From an uncultured delta proteobacterium (GTDB lineage: Bacteria; Myxococcota; Myxococcia; Myxococcales; Myxococcaceae), in assembly GCA_963771175.1 (NCBI GenBank), contig CAVYSY010000007.1:1-64000 (forward strand): a stretch of DNA of 64,000 nucleotides, given 5' to 3'. Every line of letters begins with the position of its first letter. Positions within the stretch are counted from its first letter, which is position 1. Below, in pieces: positions 21,969 through 31,618 of the stretch. Position numbers and translations under genes: made by a program. The notes under the pieces were generated by a model, which searched no databases, was not told the origin of the DNA, and was given only the letters and a program-made list of their open reading frames with translations.

Positions 21969-22860
21969 TCACTTCGGCATCGGCACGCCCAGGTCCTCGA
22001 GGACCTTGAAGTCGAACACCAGCATCCCTCCCCAGGAGACGGCGCCCTCGTTGGCGAGGTCGAACTGGGCGAAGGGCATCAGCGAGACGATGTCGAGGAA
22101 GCCCACCCGAGGCCCGACGCCGAGTTGCACGGGGCGGTGCTCCACGCCCTCCACGCGCTTGGACCAGAGGAGCTGGGCCCCGACACCGAACTTGAGCTCC
22201 TTGGCCCACGAGCGCGCATAGGGAGCCCAGCCCATCGGGCGGAAGTCGAGCGCGGCGTAGGGGCCCAGGTGCCCGGCCTCGAAGAGGTTGGCCGCGTCCC
22301 CGTAGACACCCGCGGACCAGAACCAGGAGGGCACCCGCTGCGCCGTGCCCTGCGCGTCGAACCGCCACTCGCCCAGCGAGCCGCTCAGGTGCAGCGTGAG
22401 TCCGGTCGAGCCCACCCAGTCCCCCCGGTACCGATACCCCAGGGCCATGGGGCGGATGAAGAACTGAAGCCGCCGGCCGAGGGGATTGGGGTCCTTCCAG
22501 GTCGAGTGGGGCCCCTCCTCGGGGATGTCGCACTCGTCTCCGACACCGTCGTTGTCCGCGTCGGCATGCTCACCGCGCGCCACGGGGACCCGCGGGCAGA
22601 GGTCGCAGGCGTCCCCCGCGCCATCCCCGTCGCTGTCCTCCTGGCCCGGGTTTTCATCGAGCGGGCAGTTGTCGGCGCAGTCCTGCATCCGGTCGGGATG
22701 ACAGGACGGAGCCTCCGTCCGCCCCGGAGGGAGATCCGGCACGCCATCCCCATCGCTGTCGGCGACGGGCGCGGAAGCGGGAGCCAGTTCGGAGTTGGGC
22801 GACGGCCGGGGCCGCCGCGACCAGCAGGACGAAGAGCAGCGGGAGCGGAGCGGAGCGCAT
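21969..22860 (-). CDS. Secreted protein with thrombospondin type-3 Ca-binding repeats and a beta-rich C-terminus, frameshifted near its 5' end
   Basis: Signal peptide at 22860; [41 protein letters not shown]. Confidence 0.75.
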
Positions 22861-23864
22861 CAGAGGCAGAGCCCGAAGACGTTGGAGTCACTGCAGAGCA
22901 GCGCGTGCTGTGCCGCGGGCAGGCGCCGGATGGTGGCCTCGTCCTGAACCCACGAGGGGAGCCTGTCTCGCGTGAACTCATCCGGCACGAGGCTGTCGCC
23001 CTGAACCCGGACGGCCCCCTCCTCACTGGGAAACTGGGGGAGCAGGAACGGAGTCTCCACGTTGTTGCCCTGGATGATGCGGATGTAGTCGAGCTTGCGC
23101 AGGGGCTCGAAGTAGCCGGTCTTGGTGTCCTGGAGGAGCGCCCGGGCCCGCAGGAGCAGCTTCCGGTCGATGTAGCGCGAGAGGTCCACGGGCCCCGGGG
23201 CCGTGGTCAGGAGCCCGGCGTTCATCCAGGTGGCGTCGAGGAACAGGTCCGGCCGGCTCGGGTTGCCCTTGGCGATGCTCCAGCGCGGCAGCATCTGGTA
23301 GACGGAGGGCCAGGTCCGCACCACGTCCTTCGGAACGGTGTTGTCGAGGAGCGTCCCGAACAGCAGGGCATTCAGGGCGTTCACCGTGCCGAAGAACGGC
23401 ACGCCCACGAAGCACACGCTCTGGACGAGTCGGGCCAGGCCCTCGGCGCCGAGGTGACGGGCCGCCGCCAGGACCACCAGCCCCCCTTGCGAGTGCGCCA
23501 CGAGCCGCCAGCGGTCTCCCCTCGGGGCCTCGGCCTCGAGGTACTCGGCGAGGCGCCTGCCGCTGTACCGGATGTCCAGGCGCCAGTCGTAATCGAAGAA
23601 ATCCCACTTGGGGAAGGCGTGCGCGAAGGGCTCGTAGGCGAGCGTCAGGTACCCGCGAGCGACGAGCGGGTTGTTCAGCGGCTCGAGCACAGCCGGGTCC
23701 GGCCCGTGCTCGCAGCACAGCTCCCGCGTGGCCTTGACCTGGGTGAGGAGCTCGAAAATGGTCGCGGCCCGTGCTCCCCCCGCGGTCTGGTAGAGCACCC
23801 CTCCCGTTCCGGGAATCACCATCTGGCGCCGAGGCATGGGCTCCATCACACGACAGCCCGACAC
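22860..23864 (-). CDS. Lipase/LCAT-like alpha/beta hydrolase (start uncertain, 23837-23864)
   Basis: IPGTGG, YDWRLDI, LVAHSQGGL nucleophile elbow, GVPFFG, SVYQMLP, GDSLVP, C-terminal His. Confidence 0.8.
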   Translation of the reverse strand: MSGCRVMEPMPRRQMVIPGTGGVLYQTAGGARAATIFELLTQVKATRELCCEHGPDPAVLEPLNNPLVARGYLTLAYEPFAHAFPKWDFFDYDWRLDIRYSGRRLAEYLEAEAPRGDRWRLVAHSQGGLVVLAAARHLGAEGLARLVQSVCFVGVPFFGTVNALNALLFGTLLDNTVPKDVVRTWPSVYQMLPRWSIAKGNPSRPDLFLDATWMNAGLLTTAPGPVDLSRYIDRKLLLRARALLQDTKTGYFEPLRKLDYIRIIQGNNVETPFLLPQFPSEEGAVRVQGDSLVPDEFTRDRLPSWVQDEATIRRLPAAQHALLCSDSNVFGLCL

Positions 23865-23883
23865 CCGGATTCAACAGCGAAGG

Positions 23884-25965
23884 TCAGTGAAGCAGGGACT
23901 CCGGCTCCCTCGCGGGCCGGGAGGGCTCCACCGGAGGGGGCGGCCTCGGGTCTATCTCGATGGCATCGATGTAGCACCAGCCCCAGTGCTCGCCCGGCTC
24001 GAGGGAGCACATCAGCGGGTGGCCCGTGGCCTCGTAGTGCTTCGCGGCGTGCCGGCCAAAGGACGAGTCACCGCAGCCCACGTGGCCGCACGTGAGGCAC
24101 ATCCGCAGGTTGTGCCAGCGCAGGTGCAGGGCCAGGCAGGCCTCGCAGCCCGAGGTCCGGGGCATCACGTCGTGCCGCAGCAGGTGCAGGTGCGAGCACG
24201 CGGTGGCCGTGCCGCGCCGCATCCCGCCCATCGTCCCCAGCATGCGCCGAGGCCCGGTGACGGGCCCGTGCTCGGGCACGCCCTCGTGACGCAGCGCGGC
24301 CAGCAATTCGTCCATGGCCTCCTCCGCCACGCCCGCTGATTGCAGCACCCGCGTCACCGCCTCCAGCGCCGTCTCGAACTCGCCGGCCACGATGTCGCTC
24401 GCGCCCCGCTCCCGCAGGTCCCCGATGTCCCGCAGCCGGGGCACCTTCACCAGGATGGGCACGTCCGGCGACAACCTCCGCGCCGCCGACACCGCCCGCT
24501 GAGACCCTTCTGGATCGCTGATGAGCAGCACCAGCGCGTGCGCCCGGTGGATGCCCGCCCGCTCCAATATCTCCGGACTGGTGATGTCCCCGTAGTACAT
24601 GACCTCGCCGCGCCGCCGCGCCTCGGCCACCACGTGCGGGTCCAGCTCGATGACCACATGGGGGAGCTGGCTCGCGCGCAGGGCCCGCACCACCATGCGC
24701 CCGGCGGTGCCCAGCCCCGCGACGATGAAGTGACCGGAGAGCTCCTCATGCTCGGGCTCCAGCCGGTGGGGCCCATGCGCGCCGAACAGCACCTCCAGCG
24801 GCCGGAGGTGCGCCACGCCCGCCGCCAGCCTGGGAGCGAAGATCAACGCCACCGGCGTCACCGCCATGGTCAGGACGCTCATGCACACGAAGAGATTCCG
24901 CTCCTCGCCGTTGAGCAGCCCCACCTGCCACCCCGCGTTGGCCAGCACGAAGGAGAACTCTCCAATCTGCGCCAGTCCCACGCCCGCCATCACCGCCACC
25001 CGCAGCGGGAAGCGCATCACCAGCGCCCCCACGCCTCCGAGCACGGCCTTGCCCACCAACACGCCCGCCAGCAGCGTCGCCACCACCACCGGGTGCGTCA
25101 GGATGACGCGCACGTCGAAGAGCATGCCGATGGAGATGAAGAAGAGGCTGGCGAACGTCTCGCGCAGCGGCAGCATGTCCGCCAGCGCCTGGTAGCCGTA
25201 GTCGCTGTCCGCCAGCGCCACCCCGGCCATGAAGGCGCCCAGGGCCAGCGACAGGCCCGCCAGCGTGGTGAGCCACGTGATGCCCGCGAACAGTCCCAGC
25301 ACCGCCAGCAGGAAGAGCTCGCGCCGCCGCGTGCCCGCCACCACCTCGAGGAACCTCGGCACCACCACCCGGCCGAAGACCACCGTGGCCACCACCAGCA
25401 GCACCGCCTTGGCCAGCACCCAGGCCATGGCCCCCACGCCCGCCTCCCGTCCGGCCAGCAGCGGGATGGCCAGCATCATCGGCACCACGCACAGGTCCTG
25501 GAAGATGAGCGCTCCCACGATGAGCCGGCCGTGGGGCGCGTCCGTCTCCTGACGCTCGGCGAGGGCGCGCAGCACGATGGCCGTGCTGGAGAGCGCCACC
25601 AGGAAGCCGAAGAAGACGCCCCTCCGAGGCGAGAAGCCCAGCGCCACGGACACCGCCACCACCGCCAGCAGGGTGAGCGCCACCTGCAGGCCCCCTCCCA
25701 GGGTGAGCACCTTCCACAGCCGCCTCAGCCGCTCGAGCGAGAACTCCAGCCCGATGCCGAAGAGCAGCAGGCCCACGCCGATTTCAGCCAGGGCCTCCAG
25801 GCGCCAGGTGTCCCGCACCCAGCCGAGCCCCCTCGGGCCGATGAGCGCACCCGCGGCGATGAGGCCAGCGATGGTGGGAAGCCGCAGCCGGCTGAGCGCC
25901 AGGACCACCACCACCGCCACCCCGAAGACGACCACCAGTTCCTGGAGGAGCTCGGGAGCCTGCAT
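23884..25965 (-). CDS. CPA2 (KefB/KefC-like) cation:proton antiporter with TrkA-N and C-terminal UBP-type zinc finger
   Basis: AEIGV.LLLFGIGLE, LSSTAIV, LIFQDL, LAQIGEFSFV, YYGDIT; C-terminal CSHL..CEAC..W..LRMCLTCGHVGC.DSS..HA..H..WGWCY. Confidence 0.9.
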   Translation of the reverse strand: MQAPELLQELVVVFGVAVVVVLALSRLRLPTIAGLIAAGALIGPRGLGWVRDTWRLEALAEIGVGLLLFGIGLEFSLERLRRLWKVLTLGGGLQVALTLLAVVAVSVALGFSPRRGVFFGFLVALSSTAIVLRALAERQETDAPHGRLIVGALIFQDLCVVPMMLAIPLLAGREAGVGAMAWVLAKAVLLVVATVVFGRVVVPRFLEVVAGTRRRELFLLAVLGLFAGITWLTTLAGLSLALGAFMAGVALADSDYGYQALADMLPLRETFASLFFISIGMLFDVRVILTHPVVVATLLAGVLVGKAVLGGVGALVMRFPLRVAVMAGVGLAQIGEFSFVLANAGWQVGLLNGEERNLFVCMSVLTMAVTPVALIFAPRLAAGVAHLRPLEVLFGAHGPHRLEPEHEELSGHFIVAGLGTAGRMVVRALRASQLPHVVIELDPHVVAEARRRGEVMYYGDITSPEILERAGIHRAHALVLLISDPEGSQRAVSAARRLSPDVPILVKVPRLRDIGDLRERGASDIVAGEFETALEAVTRVLQSAGVAEEAMDELLAALRHEGVPEHGPVTGPRRMLGTMGGMRRGTATACSHLHLLRHDVMPRTSGCEACLALHLRWHNLRMCLTCGHVGCGDSSFGRHAAKHYEATGHPLMCSLEPGEHWGWCYIDAIEIDPRPPPPVEPSRPAREPESLLH

Positions 25966-26011
25966 GGACGCGCCTCCGCGTCTCTCCCTCCAGGGTAATG
26001 ACTGTCTCGGC

Positions 26012-27355
26012 TCAGCGCTCGAAGTCCACGCCGACGCCGAGGCCCGCCGTGAAGCCGTTCACCAGCCGGCCGTCCGCCTGCGGGAATTGCTCCGTGCCGC
26101 CCATGAGGAGGCCGTAGAGCGCGGGCACGAAGCGGTGACGCACCTCGGCGGCCGCCGAGTAGCGCGGCTTGCCGGTGAGGTCGGTGAGGATGGCGCGCAG
26201 CTCGGCCACCGTCTTGCCGCCGGGCAGGTGCACCTGGAGCGCGACGTCCGTGTCCACCCGGCCCGTGCTGACGAAGTACTCGCCGGACGCGCTGGCGGTC
26301 AGCTCCAGGTCCTCCTTCCCGCCCGGGCTCACCGTCGCCACCACCTCGCCGTAGCCGGAGAAGGTCGTCGGCAGCAGCTCCTCGGCGAGCGGCTGCTCGC
26401 GCAGGCCCACCCCGGAGAAGCGCGAGAACTCGTAGCCCGCGCCGAAGAAGCCGAAGCGGAAGCGGCCGCCCTGGCGCCGCGCCTCCAGCCGGCCGCTGAT
26501 CTCCACCATCTCCTTGGGCCGGGCCGCCACCACCAGACCGAGCGCCGCGCCGTAGTCCGGCACGGACTCAATCAGCGTGTCCGCCCGAGCGCCCGCCGCG
26601 GCCTGCACCCAGAGCTGCAGCTTCTCGTTCTTCGCCACGCCCATATGCAGACCCAGGCTCGCCGCGGAGAGGGCCGGCGTCGTTCCGCCGCCCTTGCCGA
26701 AGTCGTGCGCCACGTCCAGCGAGAGGAGGTAGCGGTCGAACGCCGTCTCCTTGTCGCTCAACACGCGGCCCAGGTCCAACCGGACCTCGCCGGCGAAGAG
26801 GCGCGCGGCCAGCACGTCGCTGGCGAAGAGCTCCACCCGGGTGGGCCCGAGGTACGCGACGAGGTTGGCGCCCGCGGGGTGGTAATCCGGCGAGAGCCGG
26901 TTGTGGTAGCGGTTCACCAGCCACCCCGCCCCGAGCGAGTACCCGGAGAAGCCGCCCGCGCGCAGTTGGAAGCGGCCATCGTTCCGGCCGATGCGCAGCT
27001 CACGCAGAATCTGGGCGAAGTCGCTGCGCTCGTCCCAGTCCTGGCGCCGCAGCCGGCCGCCGTAGTCCTGCTCGGTCTGCAGGGGCTCCTGGTCGAGCAG
27101 GCGCAGGCGCAGCGGGGCGCCCAGCTCGAACTCGAACTCCTCGCCGCCCTTCACGCCGATGCGCGGGACGACGAAGCCGAAGACATCCATCCCGTTGGCC
27201 CCGGTGCCCGAGGGCAGGGCCTGTCCACCCACTTCGAGGGCCGCACGGAAGTGAACGCCTTCTTCCTCGGGTGCCATCGCGTAGGCAGGTTCGACGTAGG
27301 CCTTGGGGGTCTGCTGGAGCAGCGAGACAAGGACGAGCAGGGGGGCGCCAATCAT
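26012..27355 (-). CDS. Hypothetical exported protein, probable outer-membrane beta-barrel
   Basis: N-terminal hydrophobic stretch; alternating amphipathic strands; ends AGLGVGVDFER. Confidence 0.6.
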   Translation of the reverse strand: MIGAPLLVLVSLLQQTPKAYVEPAYAMAPEEEGVHFRAALEVGGQALPSGTGANGMDVFGFVVPRIGVKGGEEFEFELGAPLRLRLLDQEPLQTEQDYGGRLRRQDWDERSDFAQILRELRIGRNDGRFQLRAGGFSGYSLGAGWLVNRYHNRLSPDYHPAGANLVAYLGPTRVELFASDVLAARLFAGEVRLDLGRVLSDKETAFDRYLLSLDVAHDFGKGGGTTPALSAASLGLHMGVAKNEKLQLWVQAAAGARADTLIESVPDYGAALGLVVAARPKEMVEISGRLEARRQGGRFRFGFFGAGYEFSRFSGVGLREQPLAEELLPTTFSGYGEVVATVSPGGKEDLELTASASGEYFVSTGRVDTDVALQVHLPGGKTVAELRAILTDLTGKPRYSAAAEVRHRFVPALYGLLMGGTEQFPQADGRLVNGFTAGLGVGVDFER

Positions 27356-27585
27356 GGCCGGCCACTCTACCGCGCTTCCCACCGAGCGCCGGGTCTCGCG
27401 AGATGAAACAAGATTGCAACCCGCCTCCTCGTACACCAGGCGGCCAGGCACGAAAGACCACGGCCCGCGTCCAGCGGTCATGTCGAGCAAGAGGCTCCAC
27501 CCACCCCCACCAACCCCAGCCCACCGCTCGCCCGACTCCGCCAAGGACGCGGGCCGTCGCCCGCCCCACCCCCGTAGGGCACCCG

Positions 27586-27813
27586 CTACTCCACGAAGAC
27601 GATCTGCTTCCCGGTGGCCCTGGCCATGGCCTTGGACGACACCAGCTTCGCGGCGGCCTCCACCTCGCCCGTCACCTCGAAGGCCGCGGCGATCAGCTCA
27701 CCCAGCGTCACCCGCACCCTGCGCACGGGAGGGCTCGCCTTCGCCACCACGCGGCGCTCCGAAGTGCCCTTCACCCGCCGCTCGCCCTGCTTCATCCCCT
27801 GGGTCTTCGCCAT
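27586..27813 (-). CDS. Small basic hypothetical protein (75 aa)
   Basis: AG-rich RBS, ATG 27813; RVRVTLGELIAAAFEV..KQIVFV; sigma54-type promoter upstream. Confidence 0.65.
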   Translation of the reverse strand: MAKTQGMKQGERRVKGTSERRVVAKASPPVRRVRVTLGELIAAAFEVTGEVEAAAKLVSSKAMARATGKQIVFVE

Positions 27814-27892
27814 GGTTCGCCCCTTCCCTCTGGTCTGGCTTGTCCGTCCCGTTGCCGACGCCCCACGCCGCCGCCCCACGCTCGAACCCAAT

Positions 27893-27908
27893 AGCAACCC
27901 GCGTGCCC
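27893..27908 (-). promoter_or_regulatory. Sigma54 -24/-12 promoter
   Basis: Minus strand GGGCACG-CGGG-TTGCT matches TGGCACG-N4-TTGCW at all but the first base, about 80 nt upstream of ATG 27813. Confidence 0.7.
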
Positions 27909-28219
27909 GCGCATAAACCCTTGGAACCACGGGGCTCTCCTGGGGAATGGAGCGCAAGCTGCCCGGGTGGGACTGTCGTTTCTACCGAAGGAGGGAGTGG
28001 AACCACCGGAACGAATGACCGAGCCGACACCCGCGGAGACGCACGCACCGGGTGCGAGAGACATCGCCCCTTTCCTCCGTTGCCCGGCGCACCCTTTCGC
28101 GCAGCGCACAGTGGCCCTATCGGAAAGGCGACGTGCCAGCGCTGGCCACTCGCGGACGGCCTTTCGGCTCCATACATCCATGAAAGTCAGTCCAGCCAGG
28201 TAATCCCCGGAGGCCAGCC

Positions 28220-28768
28220 ATGCAGAAGCGGGTCGTCGTTCCCCCCAATGTCGAGGTGCTGGGTCAGTCCATCATGGCCGTGGTCAGGGGGATGGAGCTC
28301 CTCAGGAACAAGGCGCTGCGCCTGCTGGCCGAGAACGGCATCCAGACGCTGGAGCCGCTGAGCTGGTACCCGCTGCGCGACGCACTGGCCGCCATCCACG
28401 CCATCCACGAGAAGATCGGCCCGAGCACGCTGCGGGCAGTGGGCCGGAAGGCGCCGGAGCACGCGAGGTTCCCGCCGGAGGTGCGCACACTGGAGGCGGC
28501 GCTGCGCGCGCTCGACAAGGCCTACCAGATGAACCACCGGGGGCAGGTGGGGGGCAACATCGGCGGCTACCGCTTCGAGTCGGTGTCGGCGCGCAGCGCC
28601 CGGCTCGTCTGCGACAACCCCTACCCGTGTGACTTCGACCAGGGACTCCTCGAGGCCCTGTGCGAGCGCTTCCGTCCGAAGGACTCGGTGTGGATGCGCG
28701 TCGAGCACGGACCGCGGGGGTGCCGCCAGAAGGACGGGACGGCCTGCACCTACCACGTCACGTGGTGA
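28220..28768 (+). CDS. Hypothetical protein with V4R/H-NOX-like fold features
   Basis: WYP, NPYPCDFDQGLL, VEH...CRQ.....CTYHVTW Cys/His pattern; GGAGG RBS. Confidence 0.65.
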   Translation: MQKRVVVPPNVEVLGQSIMAVVRGMELLRNKALRLLAENGIQTLEPLSWYPLRDALAAIHAIHEKIGPSTLRAVGRKAPEHARFPPEVRTLEAALRALDKAYQMNHRGQVGGNIGGYRFESVSARSARLVCDNPYPCDFDQGLLEALCERFRPKDSVWMRVEHGPRGCRQKDGTACTYHVTW

Positions 28769-28782
28769 GGGCCCCGCGGGGA

Positions 28783-29244
28783 CTACTTCGCGGGAGGAGA
28801 GGAGAGGACGAGGATGAGCTCGCCGCCCACGTGCTTGCCGGCGCGCTGGTAGACGGAGCCCTCGCGACCCAGCTCCACGTCCACGGCGGAGAGCTGAGGC
28901 ACCTCCACGCGCAGGGTGGCGGTGTCGCCCTGCATGCGCAGCAGCCGCAGCGAGGCATTCACCCCGTTGGGCAGCCGCACCTCGGTGGGCTCCTTGCTGC
29001 TCACCTCCAGCGACTGCTGGGACAGGCGCTTGAAGGAGGTGAAGTTGAAGTTCTGCCGCTGGAAGGTCTCCTTCATCTTCTGGAGCTCCGGCGGCTCCAC
29101 CTCGGTGCCCTTGCGCGAGACGAGCACCACCTCCACCTGCACCTTGAGCTTCTGCTCCTCGGCCTGGGCCGCCAGGGGCGAGAGGAACAGGCCCACCAGC
29201 GCCAGCGCCAACAAGGCCGTGGGCATCCGCGTCGTCTTCCTCAT
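28783..29244 (-). CDS. Exported hypothetical protein, third gene of the ECF operon
   Basis: Signal peptide ending AQA; 4-bp overlap with the anti-sigma gene. Confidence 0.75.
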   Translation of the reverse strand: MRKTTRMPTALLALALVGLFLSPLAAQAEEQKLKVQVEVVLVSRKGTEVEPPELQKMKETFQRQNFNFTSFKRLSQQSLEVSSKEPTEVRLPNGVNASLRLLRMQGDTATLRVEVPQLSAVDVELGREGSVYQRAGKHVGGELILVLSSPPAK

Positions 29245-29915
29245 AGCTCTCCTCCCTTGGGCCGAGGGTTCTTGCCGGGCGCCGCGGGGTGCGAGGGCCC
29301 CACGCCCGGCTCGTCCTTCGGCGCCTCCTCCAGGTCCAGCTCGTCCTGGGCGTCATCCTGCCCATCGCGAGGCTCCACCACCGAGGCATCGTGCTGCGAC
29401 TGCGCGTCCTGGTCCACCACCCAGATGATGGTGTTGCCATCATCGGACTCGAGCACCACGGGGGCCACCTTGGCGCCCTCGGAGGCGCGCACGGCGCGCA
29501 CGCGCATCCGGTCCCCGCCGTAGCCCATGGGGGCCTCGTCGCGGCTGGCGAGCAGCGGCACCACCACCAGCGCGAGCACGGCGGCCGTGGCCAGCGAGGA
29601 GACCATGGCGGTGCGGTGGTAGAGGAACAGCTCGGAGAGCGAGATGCGCAGCCGCTCCAGCAGCGGCGGGCGCTCCGGCGTCACCCGGGCCATGACGCGC
29701 TGGGTGAAGTCCTTGAAGTCCACCTCGTCCACGGCCATTTCCAGGCCCACCCGGAGGAGGGCGGACTCAGCGCGCAGGTCCGCCGCGCGGCTGGCGCAGT
29801 CCCGGCAGGCCGACAGGTGTCGCTCGACGTTGACACGTTCGGCGGGAGACAGCTCCCCGTCGATGTAGGGGGACAGCAGGGGGACAAAACGCTCGCACGC
29901 GGGATTTCCGGCCAT
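29241..29915 (-). CDS. Zinc-binding (ZAS/zf-HC2) transmembrane anti-sigma factor
   Basis: LSPYIDGEL...VERHLSACRDC (HxxxCxxC), one TM helix, directly downstream of the ECF sigma. Confidence 0.9.
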   Translation of the reverse strand: MAGNPACERFVPLLSPYIDGELSPAERVNVERHLSACRDCASRAADLRAESALLRVGLEMAVDEVDFKDFTQRVMARVTPERPPLLERLRISLSELFLYHRTAMVSSLATAAVLALVVVPLLASRDEAPMGYGGDRMRVRAVRASEGAKVAPVVLESDDGNTIIWVVDQDAQSQHDASVVEPRDGQDDAQDELDLEEAPKDEPGVGPSHPAAPGKNPRPKGGEL

Positions 29916-29984
29916 GTTCCTCACCCGGTGTAATGGGGGACGTGCGGCTTGGACGGCAGCGGGGAACCAATATTCCAGTCCCGT

Positions 29985-30602
29985 TCACTCACTGCCGACT
30001 CCGCTCTTGGCCTCGTCCAACTCCAGGTATTCACTGAGGATTTTCTGCACCTTGGTCCGCGCGTGGAAGAGCCGGCTCATCACCGTGCCCTTGGGAATGT
30101 CCAGCGTGCGGGCCAGGTCCTCATAGGACATGCCCTCGATTTCGCGCAGCAGGAGGATGGCGCGATGCTTCTCGGGAACGGCCGCGAGGGCCTCCTGGAT
30201 TTTCTCCGCCAATTCGCGGCGCAGGGCGCTCTTCTGGGGGTTGGTGCCCAGGCGGCTGCCGAGCGCGCCGATGCGGGCCTCGGAGAGGTCCGTGGCGACG
30301 GACTCGTCGAACTCCTCGGGGTCGCCGCCGGCGGAGCCCTTCCGGCGCATCACGTCGATACAGATGTTGACGGTGATGCGGTAGAGCCAGGTGTAGAAGG
30401 ACGAGTCGCCCTTGAAGTGGTCCAGGTACTTGTAGACCTTGACGAACGCCTCCTGGGAGACGTCCATCGCCTCTTCCTTGTCCTTCAGCATGCCCAGGGC
30501 GACGGCGTACACCTTGCGCTGGTAACGCTCGACGAGGAGCTTGAAGGCGCGCTGGTCTCCGCTGCGGACGCGCTTGACGAGAGTGAGATCGTCGGTGGCC
30601 AA
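29985..30602 (-). CDS. ECF RNA polymerase sigma factor (RpoE-like)
   Basis: AFKLLVERYQ, DVSQEAF, FYTWLYRITVN, LREIEGMSYEDLA..GTVMSRLFHAR; TTG start. Confidence 0.95.
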   Translation of the reverse strand: MATDDLTLVKRVRSGDQRAFKLLVERYQRKVYAVALGMLKDKEEAMDVSQEAFVKVYKYLDHFKGDSSFYTWLYRITVNICIDVMRRKGSAGGDPEEFDESVATDLSEARIGALGSRLGTNPQKSALRRELAEKIQEALAAVPEKHRAILLLREIEGMSYEDLARTLDIPKGTVMSRLFHARTKVQKILSEYLELDEAKSGVGSE

Positions 30603-30771
30603 GGGTGCGCCACCCTAGCATGAGCGACCCGGGCCCCAAGCATTCTCGGTGGGTCGGACGTTCACCGGCGGGCGGCTGCACGGGCTGCCAGCCGACGCCT
30701 GTCTGGAGCCGGACCTACCGGACAGCCCCCCTCATCGACGATTCCAGTTTTCCTGCTCTAACGTGTCTCGG

Positions 30772-31218
30772 ATGCGAGCCACGACACGAGTCCTGCGCAT
30801 GGGGTCGGTGGTGCTGTGGGGAGTGGTCCTGTCGGGCTGCTCGGCGCACTCCCTGACGAGCTGCCGCCCTGGAGAGCCCTCGACGAATTGCTGCATCCGG
30901 AAGTTCGCGCTGAGCCCGGTGGAGAGTTGTGGCGCCACCATGTCGGAGGTGGACCTGGTCCTCAGGGACATGGCGTTGGCCATGGCCATGGAGGAGGCGG
31001 CCAAGGAGTCAGCGCAGAACGCCGGGGACGAGGCCGAGGAGGACGACTTCGCCAACAACAAGGACCTGCCGGAGTGGAAGCAGCGGTGCATCAAGAACTA
31101 CGTCAGTTGCCGAGATGGCGGGTGGACGGGCAACTGCTACGACTGTCTCCGGCGATGTGAGGGGCAACAGGAATGGCCCATGGCCATGTGCGGGCCGCGA
31201 GGGAGCAAGAAGAGGTGA
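30772..31218 (+). CDS. Cys-rich hypothetical lipoprotein, candidate toxin
   Basis: Lipobox LSGC; NCCI..SCG and C-terminal WKQRCI..YVSC...WTGNCYDCLRRCEGQ.EWP..C. Confidence 0.7.
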   Translation: MRATTRVLRMGSVVLWGVVLSGCSAHSLTSCRPGEPSTNCCIRKFALSPVESCGATMSEVDLVLRDMALAMAMEEAAKESAQNAGDEAEEDDFANNKDLPEWKQRCIKNYVSCRDGGWTGNCYDCLRRCEGQQEWPMAMCGPRGSKKR

Positions 31219-31222
31219 AGCG

Positions 31223-31618
31223 ATGGAGTACCTGGACGCGGACCTGGATGCAGCCTGGAATCAGCTGTGGGAGTTGGAGAACCGGGTTCACCAAGGTGAA
31301 GCGCTGGCCCTCACCCGTGAGGTGCGTGACCTTCTGCGGCGCACGGCCCCTTCGGTAGCCATCAGCGACGCCGAGGCGGATACGGCCCTCGACAACGTGG
31401 AGAGCGCCACCGCGCTGCTCCAGAAAATCCGGGCGCGCATCCGCGACGGCTCGAATCGCCTCAGTGATGCGCTGCACCGGATGTACCGCCTTCGGGACAA
31501 GGGGGACCTCGATGGGGCACGCCAGCAGATGAGGGACGTGCTCGCCGTGGAGGTCGTTCCTCTGTACCGAGAGATTGCCGAAGGGCAATTGGCCGCACTC
31601 GATGAGGGGCACTCATGA
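31223..31618 (+). CDS. DUSAM (TIGR02267/DUF2379) domain protein
   Basis: LLRRTA..VAIS..EA...IRARIRDGSNRL...GDLDGARQQMRDVLAVEVVP.YREIA; GAGG RBS. Confidence 0.8.
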   Translation: MEYLDADLDAAWNQLWELENRVHQGEALALTREVRDLLRRTAPSVAISDAEADTALDNVESATALLQKIRARIRDGSNRLSDALHRMYRLRDKGDLDGARQQMRDVLAVEVVPLYREIAEGQLAALDEGHS

